Source of the DNA: a virus
Taxonomy: Duplodnaviria; Caudoviricetes
Strand: one strand, 5' to 3'
Virus record (IMG/VR): IMGVR_UViG_3300010163_003556
Location: 3,687-67,686 of that record
DNA length: 64,000 nucleotides
Shown: positions 35,697 to 45,258 of the stretch, one piece after another
Layout: each line of letters starts with the position of its first letter
How positions within the stretch are numbered: position 1 is the first letter of the stretch
The notes under the pieces: model-generated
Seen by the model: only the letters and a program-made list of their open reading frames with translations
What the model was told of the DNA's origin: nothing
Databases searched by the model: none
Program-made: the position numbers and the translations under genes

Positions 35697-36578
35697 ATGA
35701 AAACACAAACATTCGGAGTCGAAATCGAACTCACAGGCATCACGAGAAGAGATGCAGCAAAGGTCATCGCCGACTACTTCGGAACGACATCGTATTATGC
35801 AGGGAGCGGATACGACACCTACGAAGCAACCGACCGCCAGGGTCGCAAATGGAAAGCGATGAGCGATGGGAGCATCGACACGGAAGGCAACGGCAGAGAG
35901 TACAGCTGCGAGATAGTAACACCCATATGCAAATGGGAAGACATCCCTGACATACAGGAAGTCGTAAGACAACTGCGACATAAAGGTGCGAAAGCAAACT
36001 CAAGCTGCGGAATCCATGTGCATGTCGGAGCGGAGCAACACACAGCAAAGACCCTCCGCAACCTAGTCAATATTATGGCAAGCAAAGAAGACCTACTCTT
36101 CAAAGCGGTAGGGGTTAGCGCAAGCCGAGCGGTAAGATGGTGCAAGAAAACCGAGCAGAGCTTCGTAGAGGAAATGAACCGCTTCAAACCCACGACAACC
36201 TCTCGCATCGAGAGAATGTGGTACGGCGGAAACAGCCATAGAAACACCCACTACGATAGTAGCAGATACCATGCACTCAACCTGCATAGCTTATGGCAAG
36301 GTAAGGGCATCGAGTTTAGATGCTTTAATGGAACGACGCATGCAGGACGGATTAAAACCTACATCCAACTGTGCCTGGCAATCAGCCATCAAGCCTTAAC
36401 ACAAAAGGGTGCAAGCGCAAAGAAAACCGCAAGCGCAAACGAAAAATACACCTTCCGCACATGGCTGCTCCGAATGGGAATGATCGGAGAAGAGTTCGAC
36501 ACGGCGAGAAAGTTCCTACTCGAAAACTTAAGCGGCGATATAGCGTTCAAAAACGGAAGACCGAGGGCGGCGGCTTAA
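35697..36578 (+). CDS. Putative amidoligase (COOH-NH2 ligase) family protein
   Basis: FGVEIE, DGSI, CEIVTP, SCGIHVHVG, RYHALN and IEFR. Confidence 0.88.
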   Translation: MKTQTFGVEIELTGITRRDAAKVIADYFGTTSYYAGSGYDTYEATDRQGRKWKAMSDGSIDTEGNGREYSCEIVTPICKWEDIPDIQEVVRQLRHKGAKANSSCGIHVHVGAEQHTAKTLRNLVNIMASKEDLLFKAVGVSASRAVRWCKKTEQSFVEEMNRFKPTTTSRIERMWYGGNSHRNTHYDSSRYHALNLHSLWQGKGIEFRCFNGTTHAGRIKTYIQLCLAISHQALTQKGASAKKTASANEKYTFRTWLLRMGMIGEEFDTARKFLLENLSGDIAFKNGRPRAAA

Positions 36579-36602
36579 CCGCCCCCTCAAATGGAGGATA
36601 AA

Positions 36603-37040
36603 ATGGAAAAAACAAAATTATATGTAGCATACGGCAGCAACCTCAACCTTGCTCAAATGGCAAAACGCTGTCCTAGTGCAAAGGTGGTGGGATGCGGAGT
36701 GCTGAAAGACTACCAACTGACATTCCGAAGAGTGGCAACCATAGAGCCGCAAATCGGAGCAGAAATTCCCGTTGGAGTATGGGAGATAACTCCCTCGGAC
36801 GAGCGAAAGCTCGACATATATGAGGGGTATCCGAGTTATTATCGGAAAGAAATGGTGACGGTGAACTTGCCGAACCGAACAGTAGATGCGATGGTCTACA
36901 TTATGAACGGCGGGGAGCCGCAACTACCGCCTGACGGATACTATCGCACAATCGAAGAAGGATACAACGATGTCGGACTCGACATAAAGTTCTTGCAAGC
37001 GGCTCTCGATGATACGGAGAAACGAATGAGGGCAAGATAA
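36603..37040 (+). CDS. Gamma-glutamylcyclotransferase (AIG2-like) family protein
   Basis: LYVAYGSNLN and LDIYEGYP. Confidence 0.88.
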   Translation: MEKTKLYVAYGSNLNLAQMAKRCPSAKVVGCGVLKDYQLTFRRVATIEPQIGAEIPVGVWEITPSDERKLDIYEGYPSYYRKEMVTVNLPNRTVDAMVYIMNGGEPQLPPDGYYRTIEEGYNDVGLDIKFLQAALDDTEKRMRAR

Positions 37041-37061
37041 AACAAACAAAATAGCGTGTTC

Positions 37062-37088
37062 AAAAGGGAGAGCTTCGGCTCTCCTTTT
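37062..37088 (+). terminator. Intrinsic terminator (UUCG loop)
   Basis: AAAAGGGAGAGC-TTCG-GCTCTCCTTTT. Confidence 0.75.
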
Positions 37089-37110
37089 ATCGTTCACAAA
37101 GGGGAGTAGA

Positions 37111-38661
37111 ATGGCATTTGACAAGCAGAAAGCTGACCGTGCCGTTGCCTTTATAAACTCCTTAAAGCATACGAAAGGCACTTGGCACGGAGTACCGTTC
37201 GAACTATTGCCGTGGCAAGATAAAATCATACGCGACATTTTTGGAACGGTAAAAGACAACGGATATAGGCAATACAATACAGCCTATGTCGAAATACCGA
37301 AAAAGCAAGGAAAGAGCGAAATCGCCGCAGCGGTCGCTCTTTATCTTTTAGCGGGTGACGGCGAATGGGGAGCAGAAGTGTACGGATGCGCCGCCGACCG
37401 CCAACAGGCAAGCATTGTGTTCGATGTGGCTTGCAATATGGTGGAGCAATGCCCCGCCTTGAAGAAGAGAATCAAGCCTATTATGAGCCAAAAGAGGCTC
37501 GTATATCTGCCGCTGAACTCATTCTATCAGGTGCTGTCGGCGGAGTCGTACACCAAGCACGGACTGAATGTCCACGGGGTTGTGTTCGATGAATTACACG
37601 CACAGCCGAACCGAGCATTATACGATGTAATGACCCACGGTTCGGGCGATGCACGAAAGCAACCGCTGTTCTTCCTTATAACGACAGCAGGAACGGACCG
37701 TAACTCAATTTGTTGGGAAGTCCACCAAAAAGCAAAGGACATTCTCGAAGGGCGAAAGCACGACCGCACGTTCTACCCCGTAATTTACGGAGCTGAAGAC
37801 GATGACGATTGGTCGGACGAAAGAGTGTGGGCAAAGGCAAATCCCTCGCTAGGTATTACGGTGGACATTGATAAGATACGGACAGCTTACGAATCGGCGA
37901 AAGAGAACCCGGCGGAGGAAAACTTGTTCCGACAGCTCCGCTTGAACCAATGGGTAAAGCAGAGTGTTCGTTGGATGCCAATGGACGCATGGGACAAGTG
38001 CGACTTCGAAGTGGATGCGGAGAAGCTCAAAGGACGAGAGTGCTACGGTGGACTTGACCTCTCATCAAGCACCGACATCACGGCATTCGTGCTTGCGTTT
38101 CCACCGCTGAACGAAGAGGACAAATACATTGTTCTGCCGTTCTTTTGGATACCAGAAGATACGGTCGAACTGCGAGTACGACGCGACCACGTTCCATACG
38201 ATGTGTGGAAAGCCAAAGGACAAGTGATAACCACCGAGGGCAATGTAATTCATTACGGGTACATTGAAAACTTTATCGAAGACCTAGGAACGAAATACCA
38301 TATCAAGGAAATAGCGTTCGACCGTTGGGGTGCGGTGCAGATGACCCAAAATCTAGAGGGAATGGGTTTCACGGTCGTGCCTTTCGGTCAAGGATTTAAG
38401 GATATGAGTCCGCCTACAAAGGAACTGATGAAACTCGTGTTGGAGCAGAAAATAGCTCACGGCGGAAATGTGCCGCTTCGATGGATGATGGACAATGTCT
38501 TCGTAAGAACCGACCCGGCGGGAAACGTTAAGATGGACAAGGAAAAATCCACCGAACGAATAGACGGTGCGGTGGCACTCGTAATGGCACTAGACCGAGC
38601 GATCCGAAATCAAGGAACGACCGACAGCGTGTACAACGATAGAGGGATAATCGTCCTATAA
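37111..38661 (+). CDS. terL: Terminase large subunit
   Basis: Walker A PKKQGKS, VVFDELH, ITTAG, GGLDLSS, AFDRW and IDGAVA. Confidence 0.95.
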   Translation: MAFDKQKADRAVAFINSLKHTKGTWHGVPFELLPWQDKIIRDIFGTVKDNGYRQYNTAYVEIPKKQGKSEIAAAVALYLLAGDGEWGAEVYGCAADRQQASIVFDVACNMVEQCPALKKRIKPIMSQKRLVYLPLNSFYQVLSAESYTKHGLNVHGVVFDELHAQPNRALYDVMTHGSGDARKQPLFFLITTAGTDRNSICWEVHQKAKDILEGRKHDRTFYPVIYGAEDDDDWSDERVWAKANPSLGITVDIDKIRTAYESAKENPAEENLFRQLRLNQWVKQSVRWMPMDAWDKCDFEVDAEKLKGRECYGGLDLSSSTDITAFVLAFPPLNEEDKYIVLPFFWIPEDTVELRVRRDHVPYDVWKAKGQVITTEGNVIHYGYIENFIEDLGTKYHIKEIAFDRWGAVQMTQNLEGMGFTVVPFGQGFKDMSPPTKELMKLVLEQKIAHGGNVPLRWMMDNVFVRTDPAGNVKMDKEKSTERIDGAVALVMALDRAIRNQGTTDSVYNDRGIIVL

Positions 38662-38685
38662 ACATAGACCAAGAAGGAGAAAAAT

Positions 38686-40023
38686 ATGCAGATTGAAAAA
38701 AGAGCTGTGGCAGACCTTAAGGCTGCCGATTATAACCCCCGTAAGGACTTGCAACCTGGGGATGCGGAATACGAGAAACTGAAACGCAGCATAGTCGAGT
38801 TCGGCTATGTCGAACCCGTGATTTGGAACAAGCGCACGGGTGTGGTTGTCGGCGGACACCAACGCTTAAAAGTGATGAAAGACCTAGGATACACCGAGGT
38901 TGACTGCGTGGTGGTCGACCTGGACGAAGCCAAGGAAAAAGCATTGAACATCGCTCTGAATAAAATCAGCGGCGAGTGGGACAACGACCTCTTGGCAAGC
39001 TTGTTGAAAGACTTGGACGGAAGCGGATACGACATCACGCTCACAGGTTTTGACCTTGCGGAAGCGCAGGAACTATTTGGGAGCGGTAGTATGGAGAATG
39101 TCCACGAAGACGATTTCGATGCCGAATCAGCACTTGATGAAGTAACCGAGCCGAAGACGAAAACGGGCGATTTGTGGCTACTTGGACAGCACCGCCTATT
39201 GTGCGGCGACTGCACCCATAACGAGGACGTGAGCCGAGTTTTGGACGGCAAAGAGGCTGATGTGATGGTTACCGATCCTCCGTACAACGTAGACTACGGT
39301 TCGGCGGTAAGAGGCAAGCATCAGTCGCAGTCGAGAACAAGTAGTACCATAGCCAATGATAACCTGTCGGACGATGAGTTCTATCAGTTCTTGTTGGCTT
39401 TTTATAAGGCAGCCGAGAAAGGACTGAAAAAGGGTGCGCCCGTCTATGTCTTCCACAGCACAAAGGAAACGGTAAACTTCACCAAGGCAATGACCGATGC
39501 GGGCATCAAGTATTCGCAGACGCTGATATGGCTGAAGAACCACTTCACACTCGGACGCCAAGATTATCAATGGAAACACGAACCGATACTCTACGGTTGG
39601 AAAGAAGGGGCAGGACATTATTTCATCGATGACCGCACACTCTCAACCATAATGGAAGGCATAACCGAGAACCTCCGCAAGATGAGCAAAGTCGAGCTTG
39701 TGGAACTCGTTGAGAAAATCCTCGGACTGCCTAACACGGTTATAGAGGACAATAAGCCGAACAAGTCCCCTGACCATCCGACAATGAAACCCATCACGCT
39801 GTGTGCAAAACTCATATATAACAGCAGTCATGAGGGGGACACGGTCTATGAACCCTTTGGCGGAAGCGGTTCAACGCTTATTGCAGCCGAGCAACTCAAC
39901 CGTAAATGCTGTGCCATAGAACTCGAACCGAAATACTGCGATGTTATCGTCCGAAGATACCGTGAACTCTGCCCGGAGGTCGAAATTAAACACATCCGAA
40001 ACGGTGTGGAAATCTTCGATTAA
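38686..40023 (+). CDS. ParB-like domain fused to an N6/N4 DNA methyltransferase
   Basis: YNPR...GYVEPVIWN...VGGHQRL (ParB); TDPPY, HPTMKP and EPFGGSGST. Confidence 0.9.
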   Translation: MQIEKRAVADLKAADYNPRKDLQPGDAEYEKLKRSIVEFGYVEPVIWNKRTGVVVGGHQRLKVMKDLGYTEVDCVVVDLDEAKEKALNIALNKISGEWDNDLLASLLKDLDGSGYDITLTGFDLAEAQELFGSGSMENVHEDDFDAESALDEVTEPKTKTGDLWLLGQHRLLCGDCTHNEDVSRVLDGKEADVMVTDPPYNVDYGSAVRGKHQSQSRTSSTIANDNLSDDEFYQFLLAFYKAAEKGLKKGAPVYVFHSTKETVNFTKAMTDAGIKYSQTLIWLKNHFTLGRQDYQWKHEPILYGWKEGAGHYFIDDRTLSTIMEGITENLRKMSKVELVELVEKILGLPNTVIEDNKPNKSPDHPTMKPITLCAKLIYNSSHEGDTVYEPFGGSGSTLIAAEQLNRKCCAIELEPKYCDVIVRRYRELCPEVEIKHIRNGVEIFD

Positions 40024-40037
40024 ACGCAGAAAAACAC

Positions 40038-40066
40038 TGGGCTCGTTCAAGCATTTACGGTATTGT
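40038..40066 (+). promoter_or_regulatory. Repeated phage promoter, copy 3
   Basis: TGGGCT-17-TATTGT with TTTACGG. Confidence 0.65.
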
Positions 40067-40114
40067 GTAGATACAAAATAAAGCAAGGGCGAGCCGCCCA
40101 AAGGAGCAAAAGCA

Positions 40115-40603
40115 ATGGCAAGTATATTTGGGTTAAAACTCAAAGGCAGACGCAGTTTCCAAGGTAGGGACTGGGAGGGAAACCAAGGCAATCTATACAT
40201 AGGGAACACAAAGATTGCGTGGTATAATGACAGCGGTGATGGCGCACCTGCCGACATCGAATTCTACGAGGGCAGAGTGGGGAGAGAAAAGTACGAACCG
40301 CAGCTCGAAGAGATAGTAAAAAAATATTATGCAAAATACCCCTTGGAAGAGCAGTACAAGAATCTTGAGCCTGACGCCGAAATGCTTATCGGTGGACTGC
40401 TTGAACTGATGGACGATGAAAAGCAATACAAGAAATTCGAAAAGCAAGGGTATCCCATAATGATAGCCTACCGCAAAACAGTAAACGGAGTGTCTTATTA
40501 TGGAGCATACCGAACCAAAGAAAGTGCGGATGCGGACATAGAAAAGCACAAACTAATCGTACTAAAACGGTACGAAAAGCTCGAAGATTTTGTGATAGAA
40601 TAA
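40115..40603 (+). CDS. Hypothetical protein (moron)
   Basis: 162 aa ORF with RBS AAGGAG behind promoter copy 3. Confidence 0.65.
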   Translation: MASIFGLKLKGRRSFQGRDWEGNQGNLYIGNTKIAWYNDSGDGAPADIEFYEGRVGREKYEPQLEEIVKKYYAKYPLEEQYKNLEPDAEMLIGGLLELMDDEKQYKKFEKQGYPIMIAYRKTVNGVSYYGAYRTKESADADIEKHKLIVLKRYEKLEDFVIE

Positions 40604-40607
40604 CCCC

Positions 40608-40696
40608 AAAAAAAGTTCGATTTTCTTGAAAAAAGTTGTGTGTTTCTACGCAATTTCGCTGGGCTCTTTCGGTAGTTTACGGTATTGTATAGGTAC
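40608..40696 (+). repeat. ~88 bp direct repeat, copy A (contains promoter copy 4 at 40660-40688)
   Basis: AAAAAAGTTCGATTTT...AAAAAAGTTGTGTGTTTCT.CGC.ATTTCGCTGGGCTCTTTCGGT.GTTTACGGTATTGTATAGGTAC; near-identical to 41361-41450. Confidence 0.85.
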
Positions 40697-40719
40697 AAAA
40701 ACGAAAGGAAGTAACCACT

Positions 40720-40929
40720 ATGAAAAAGGTAAACAACGAAACCAAAACCTACTGCGAAAGCAAGCTCGCAATACTCGTAAGGGACCACAATCACTACAAG
40801 AAAGTGAAGTACACCGCAGCGGTAAAAGACTACCGCACGGCAATCGACAACCTCATCTACTACGCAGAACGCCAAGGCATCAAGCTCGGCTACACGGTAG
40901 ACAAGAAAGGATACCTGACGGTAGCATAA
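40720..40929 (+). CDS. Hypothetical protein (moron)
   Basis: 69 aa ORF with RBS AAGGAAG behind promoter copy 4. Confidence 0.6.
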   Translation: MKKVNNETKTYCESKLAILVRDHNHYKKVKYTAAVKDYRTAIDNLIYYAERQGIKLGYTVDKKGYLTVA

Positions 40930-40942
40930 GGGAGGGCGAAAT

Positions 40943-41317
40943 ATGAAAACGATAAAAGTCTTCGAGGATGCAATCGCAAACCAAATACCTAACCTTAAAG
41001 ATGCGGGCATAAACGGAACGATGTTCTGGGCATACCGTAACAGCCTGAAAGCGGGATCGGAAGAGTTAAACTTCGATGAAGTAGTATGGGACAACGACAT
41101 CGACTACATAGTGGATACTTGCCGAGCCGAGGGCATAGAGCGGATAACAATCAGCTCGACATTCAGCAGCTTGGCGGTGGTAGTATGGGAACTGACGAAA
41201 AGGGGCTGTGCGGTCGAGGGAATGAAACTTGTCCCTACAGCATACACCCACTACGATTGGGAAACCCAAAAGGAAGTTCGTGACCAAGTGCCTGCCTTTA
41301 TTATAAAAATCAACTAA
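40943..41317 (+). CDS. Conserved phage hypothetical protein
   Basis: FWAY...LNFDEVVWD.D...IV...R..GIE.ITISSTFS pattern, recalled from Firmicutes prophage morons; RBS GGAGG. Confidence 0.7.
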   Translation: MKTIKVFEDAIANQIPNLKDAGINGTMFWAYRNSLKAGSEELNFDEVVWDNDIDYIVDTCRAEGIERITISSTFSSLAVVVWELTKRGCAVEGMKLVPTAYTHYDWETQKEVRDQVPAFIIKIN

Positions 41318-41332
41318 AAAGCAGTCGAAAAG

Positions 41333-41355
41333 ACCGTCCGAAAGGGCGGTTTTTT
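41333..41355 (+). terminator. Intrinsic terminator, duplicated at 42014
   Basis: ACCGTCC-GAAA-GGGCGGT-TTTTT. Confidence 0.75.
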
Positions 41356-41360
41356 AGTTC

Positions 41361-41450
41361 AAAAAAAAGTTCGATTTTTCCGAAAAAAGTTGTGTGTTTC
41401 TGCGCTATTTCGCTGGGCTCTTTCGGTTGTTTACGGTATTGTATAGGTAC
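41361..41450 (+). repeat. ~88 bp direct repeat, copy B (contains promoter copy 5 at 41414-41442)
   Basis: Near-identical to 40608-40696. Confidence 0.85.
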
Positions 41451-41488
41451 GATAAACGAAAGGGGAACACCCCCGAAAGGAGCAGAAA

Positions 41489-41683
41489 ATGGAAAAGAAA
41501 ATCAGCAAGAAAATCGCAGATGAACTCTTAAAGATAGCGATGGAAAACAGCGTGGAAATCGAAGAACGCGGCGACCTCAAAAGACACTACATCGACAGCG
41601 AGGACTTTATCGAAGTACCCGTATGGGGAATCGAAGAGATGCTCAAGCAAGCATACGAACTCGGCAGAAAGGCAGGTAAGTAA
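41489..41683 (+). CDS. DUF6900-like small protein
   Basis: LLKIA...DSEDFIEVPVWGIEEMLKQAYELG resembles the D..DF..V.VW.I...L..AY..G pattern. Confidence 0.55.
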   Translation: MEKKISKKIADELLKIAMENSVEIEERGDLKRHYIDSEDFIEVPVWGIEEMLKQAYELGRKAGK

Positions 41684-41684
41684 G

Positions 41685-41990
41685 ATGGAAAAGCAGAAAG
41701 ACATATTCAGACGCTTAAAAGCCTACAGCCACGGATTCCACAGCAATGCAACCGAGGAAGAGAACAAGGTCTACGATGCCAAGATCGAGCAACTCAAAGC
41801 AAGGATACTCGCCGATACCGAACACGCACCTGAAATCATAGCCGAAGAGTTCGCAGCTTACTATGCGGCGATGTACAGGGAGCAGATGAAAGGCAAGTAT
41901 GCCGAGATAAAATGCACCGCCGAGTGGAAAGCAATCGACAATATGCTCGGTGCGCTGATAAGCGTAAAACTGCTGAAAGGCACAAAATAA
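41685..41990 (+). CDS. Hypothetical protein
   Basis: 101 aa ORF coupled to the previous gene, ending at a terminator. Confidence 0.6.
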   Translation: MEKQKDIFRRLKAYSHGFHSNATEEENKVYDAKIEQLKARILADTEHAPEIIAEEFAAYYAAMYREQMKGKYAEIKCTAEWKAIDNMLGALISVKLLKGTK

Positions 41991-42013
41991 GGTAGAAAGA
42001 AGACAACCAACGA

Positions 42014-42035
42014 ACCGTCCGAAAGGGCGGTTTTA
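42014..42035 (+). terminator. Intrinsic terminator
   Basis: ACCGTCC-GAAA-GGGCGGT-TTT. Confidence 0.75.
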
Positions 42036-42059
42036 TTATTTCAAAAAATGGAGGTAAGA

Positions 42060-43376
42060 ATGGGAATATTCGGTCGGAGTAGGGACGCTCCTAAAAAAGA
42101 AAAACGCACCAAGCAAAGCAAGGAAATGCAGGAATTTATGAAAGGTGTGGATGTCGATTTTATAGGCAACAGCAACAGCGGAGTACAGGTTGATGAACTC
42201 CGAGCGATGCAGACCTCGGCGGTATATGCTTGTGTCAAGATTTTGGCGGAAACAATTGCAAGTCTGCCATTGCACTTGTACAAAAAGGGAAAGGACGGAA
42301 AGAACGAATCGGCGGAGCAGCATCCGCTTTATTCTTGCCTTTATGAGATGCCGAACGAGGAAATGACGAGCTTTGAGTTCAGAGAAACGATGATGACCTC
42401 GCTCCTTTTATGGGGGAATGCTTATGCACGGAAAATCCGCCGAAACGGGCATGTAACCGAGCTGTGGTACTTAAAACCGAACCTCATGACCGTAGAGCGG
42501 GACACGCAGACGGGCAACATAAAATACACCTATTCGGACGATATAACCAACCAAACCTACGAGTACAAACCCGACCAGGTCTTCCACATCAAAGGCTTGT
42601 CGTTGGACGGAGTCAAGGGATTATCGCCGATAGCGCAAGCGAGAGAAGCGGTTGGGCTATCGCTTGCAACGGAAGAGTACGGCGCAAAATTCTTCGGCAA
42701 TGGAGCGCGTCCCGGCGGTGTGTTGGAACACCCCGGCATACTCAAAGACCCAGAGAAACTGCGAGAGTCGTGGAATAAGGTATATCAAGGAACGAGAAAC
42801 AGCCATAAGGTTGCGGTTCTCGAAGAGGGGATGAAATACCACACGATCGGCATAGCACCCGAAGACGCACAGTTTCTCGAAACCCGTAAATACCAAGTCA
42901 ACGAAATCTGCCGAATCTTCCGTGTTCCGCCGCACCTTGTTGGGGACTTGGAAAGAGCAACATTCAGCAACATAGAACACCAGTCAATCGAATTTGTACA
43001 GCACACCATCCGACCGTGGTTGGTGCGGTGGGAACAAGCGATAAGCCGTTCACTCCTAGACGAGAAAGAACGGCTTATTTATTTCGCCAAGTTCAATGTC
43101 GATGGACTGATGCGTGGCGATTACAAGTCGAGAATGGAAGGCTATGCAATAGGCAGACAAAACGGGTGGTTGTCAATAAACGACATCCGCCGTTTGGAAG
43201 ACATGTCGCTCGTGCCGAAAGAGCAAGGCGGCGATGATTACCTTGTGAACGGTAACATGACATCGGCGGCGGTCAGCAAAGAAAACGAAGAAGGAGGTAA
43301 CGATGGAGAAGGGCAAGAAGGAACTCCGAATGCTCCCGATGAGGGAACTACGGGTAAACGAAAGCGAAAGCGGTAA
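42060..43376 (+). CDS. Portal protein (HK97 family)
   Basis: SAVYACVKILAETIASLP, LLLWGNAY, GLSPI, PEDAQFLETR and IFRVPPHLVG. Confidence 0.95.
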   Translation: MGIFGRSRDAPKKEKRTKQSKEMQEFMKGVDVDFIGNSNSGVQVDELRAMQTSAVYACVKILAETIASLPLHLYKKGKDGKNESAEQHPLYSCLYEMPNEEMTSFEFRETMMTSLLLWGNAYARKIRRNGHVTELWYLKPNLMTVERDTQTGNIKYTYSDDITNQTYEYKPDQVFHIKGLSLDGVKGLSPIAQAREAVGLSLATEEYGAKFFGNGARPGGVLEHPGILKDPEKLRESWNKVYQGTRNSHKVAVLEEGMKYHTIGIAPEDAQFLETRKYQVNEICRIFRVPPHLVGDLERATFSNIEHQSIEFVQHTIRPWLVRWEQAISRSLLDEKERLIYFAKFNVDGLMRGDYKSRMEGYAIGRQNGWLSINDIRRLEDMSLVPKEQGGDDYLVNGNMTSAAVSKENEEGGNDGEGQEGTPNAPDEGTTGKRKRKR

Positions 43377-43932
43377 TGTCATCGAAGGACACGCAGCCGT
43401 GTTCGATTCGTGGAGTGAAACGCTCGGCGGAATCTTTCCGTTTCAGGAAATAGTCCGAAAGGGTGCATTCAACGAAAGCATCGGCAAAGACGATATTCGT
43501 GCGCTGTTCAACCACGATCCGAATTATGTACTCGGACGCAACCGAGCGGGGACGCTTGAACTCGTGGAAGACGATATCGGCTTGCGTGTGCGAATAACTC
43601 CGCCCGATACGACTTGGGCAAGGGATTTGCAAGCAAGCATTCGCCGAGGCGACATCACGCAAATGTCCATAGGGTTCATAGTCGAAGACGATAAGTGGTC
43701 GACAAGGGACGGAATGGACGTAAGGGAAATTCGAAAGGTGCAGTTGTTCGATGTGAGCCCCGTAACTTTCCCCGCCTACACCGCCACGGATGTGGGAGTG
43801 AGAGCGATGGAAGAGTACAACGGCTACAAAGCCGAACAGCGCAGTAAGGCGGAGGAAGCAGAAAAGACCGCCGAGAAAGCAAAACAGCAAGCAAAACTCA
43901 AAAGCTTGCAATCCAAATTCAAAAACATTTAA
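43303..43932 (+). CDS. HK97-family prohead protease
   Basis: IEGHAAVF, LFNHD, MSIGF and DVSPVTFPAY. Confidence 0.92.
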   Translation: MEKGKKELRMLPMRELRVNESESGNVIEGHAAVFDSWSETLGGIFPFQEIVRKGAFNESIGKDDIRALFNHDPNYVLGRNRAGTLELVEDDIGLRVRITPPDTTWARDLQASIRRGDITQMSIGFIVEDDKWSTRDGMDVREIRKVQLFDVSPVTFPAYTATDVGVRAMEEYNGYKAEQRSKAEEAEKTAEKAKQQAKLKSLQSKFKNI

Positions 43933-43949
43933 TCGGAGGAAAACGAATT

Positions 43950-45239
43950 ATGACTATGAAGAAAGTCTTGGAAATGAAGGCAAAAAGAGAAGACGCCAGA
44001 TTGAAAGCAATGGCGGTTCTCAACAAAGCAGAGGCGGAAGACCGATTCCTCACCGAAGACGAGCAAAAGGAAATCGACGGGTACGAATCGGAAATCCGTT
44101 CGTGGGATGAAAGTATCACTAGGGCAGAAAAGATGCTCGCAATCGACCCCGAAGACCGTTCGGCGGAGAAACCCGAAGTAAAACCCACTCCCAATAAGGA
44201 AGAAGAAGAAAAGAGGTTCTCCTCGTTCGGTGAGCAGTTACTTGCTGCGTATCGTGCGGCGGCACCCGGCGGAAAGGTTGACGAAAGACTCACTACGAGA
44301 GCGGCAAGCGGACTGAACGAAACGAACCCCTCGGACGGCGGTTTCCTTGTTCAGCAGGACTTCGTAACCGAACTCTTAAAGAGAACCTACGAAACGGGTA
44401 TCCTTGCAAGCCGTGCAAAGAAAATTCCCATCAGCACGAATGCCAACGGTATGAAGATAAATGCCGTGGACGAGGACAGCAGAGCCAACGGTTCGAGATG
44501 GGGCGGAGTGCAGACCTATTGGGAAGGTGAAGCGGAGGAACTCATGGGCAGCAAACCCAAGTTCCGTCAGTTGGAACTTTCGCTGAAAAAGCTCACGGGT
44601 CTGTGCTATGCCACGGATGAACTCTTGCAGGATGCGGCGGCACTTGAATCGGTTATTCGTCAGGCATTTGCGGAAGAGTTCGGCTTTAAGATTGACGATG
44701 CAATTTTGGACGGCAGCGGTGAGGGCGAACCTCTCGGCATCCTTAAGAGCGGCGCAATCGTAAAGGTCGACAAGGAAAAAGACCAGACCGATATCATCAC
44801 GGTCGAGAACCTCATCAAGATGTGGAATCGCCTTTGGGCGAGATCGAGAGGGAATGCGGTATGGTACATCAACCAGGAACTTGAACCGTACCTGTACACG
44901 CTTAAACTCGGCGACAAACCCGTGTATATCCCGGCGGGTGGGCTGTCGGAGAAACCCTACGGTACGCTGTTCGGTCGTCCCGTAATTCCCCTTGAGCAGT
45001 GCAATGCCGCAGGAGAAGTCGGCGACATTATCCTTGCGGATATCGGACAGTATCTGCTCATCGATAAGGGCGGCGTAAAGGCGGCATCGTCCATTCATGT
45101 GAGATTCCTCTACGATGAAAACGTGTTCCGCTTTATCTACCGTGTGGACGGCAAACCCATTTGGAACAAGCCGCTCACTCCTTACAAGGGCAGTGCAAGC
45201 GTTTCGCCCTTCGTAGCACTCGCAAAAAGAAACGCCTAA
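43950..45239 (+). CDS. Major capsid protein (HK97 family)
   Basis: Coiled-coil delta domain, DGGFLVQQDF, ELLQDAA, GTLFGRPV and FRFIYRVDG. Confidence 0.95.
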   Translation: MTMKKVLEMKAKREDARLKAMAVLNKAEAEDRFLTEDEQKEIDGYESEIRSWDESITRAEKMLAIDPEDRSAEKPEVKPTPNKEEEEKRFSSFGEQLLAAYRAAAPGGKVDERLTTRAASGLNETNPSDGGFLVQQDFVTELLKRTYETGILASRAKKIPISTNANGMKINAVDEDSRANGSRWGGVQTYWEGEAEELMGSKPKFRQLELSLKKLTGLCYATDELLQDAAALESVIRQAFAEEFGFKIDDAILDGSGEGEPLGILKSGAIVKVDKEKDQTDIITVENLIKMWNRLWARSRGNAVWYINQELEPYLYTLKLGDKPVYIPAGGLSEKPYGTLFGRPVIPLEQCNAAGEVGDIILADIGQYLLIDKGGVKAASSIHVRFLYDENVFRFIYRVDGKPIWNKPLTPYKGSASVSPFVALAKRNA

Positions 45240-45258
45240 AGAAAGGGGGTGATCGAGC

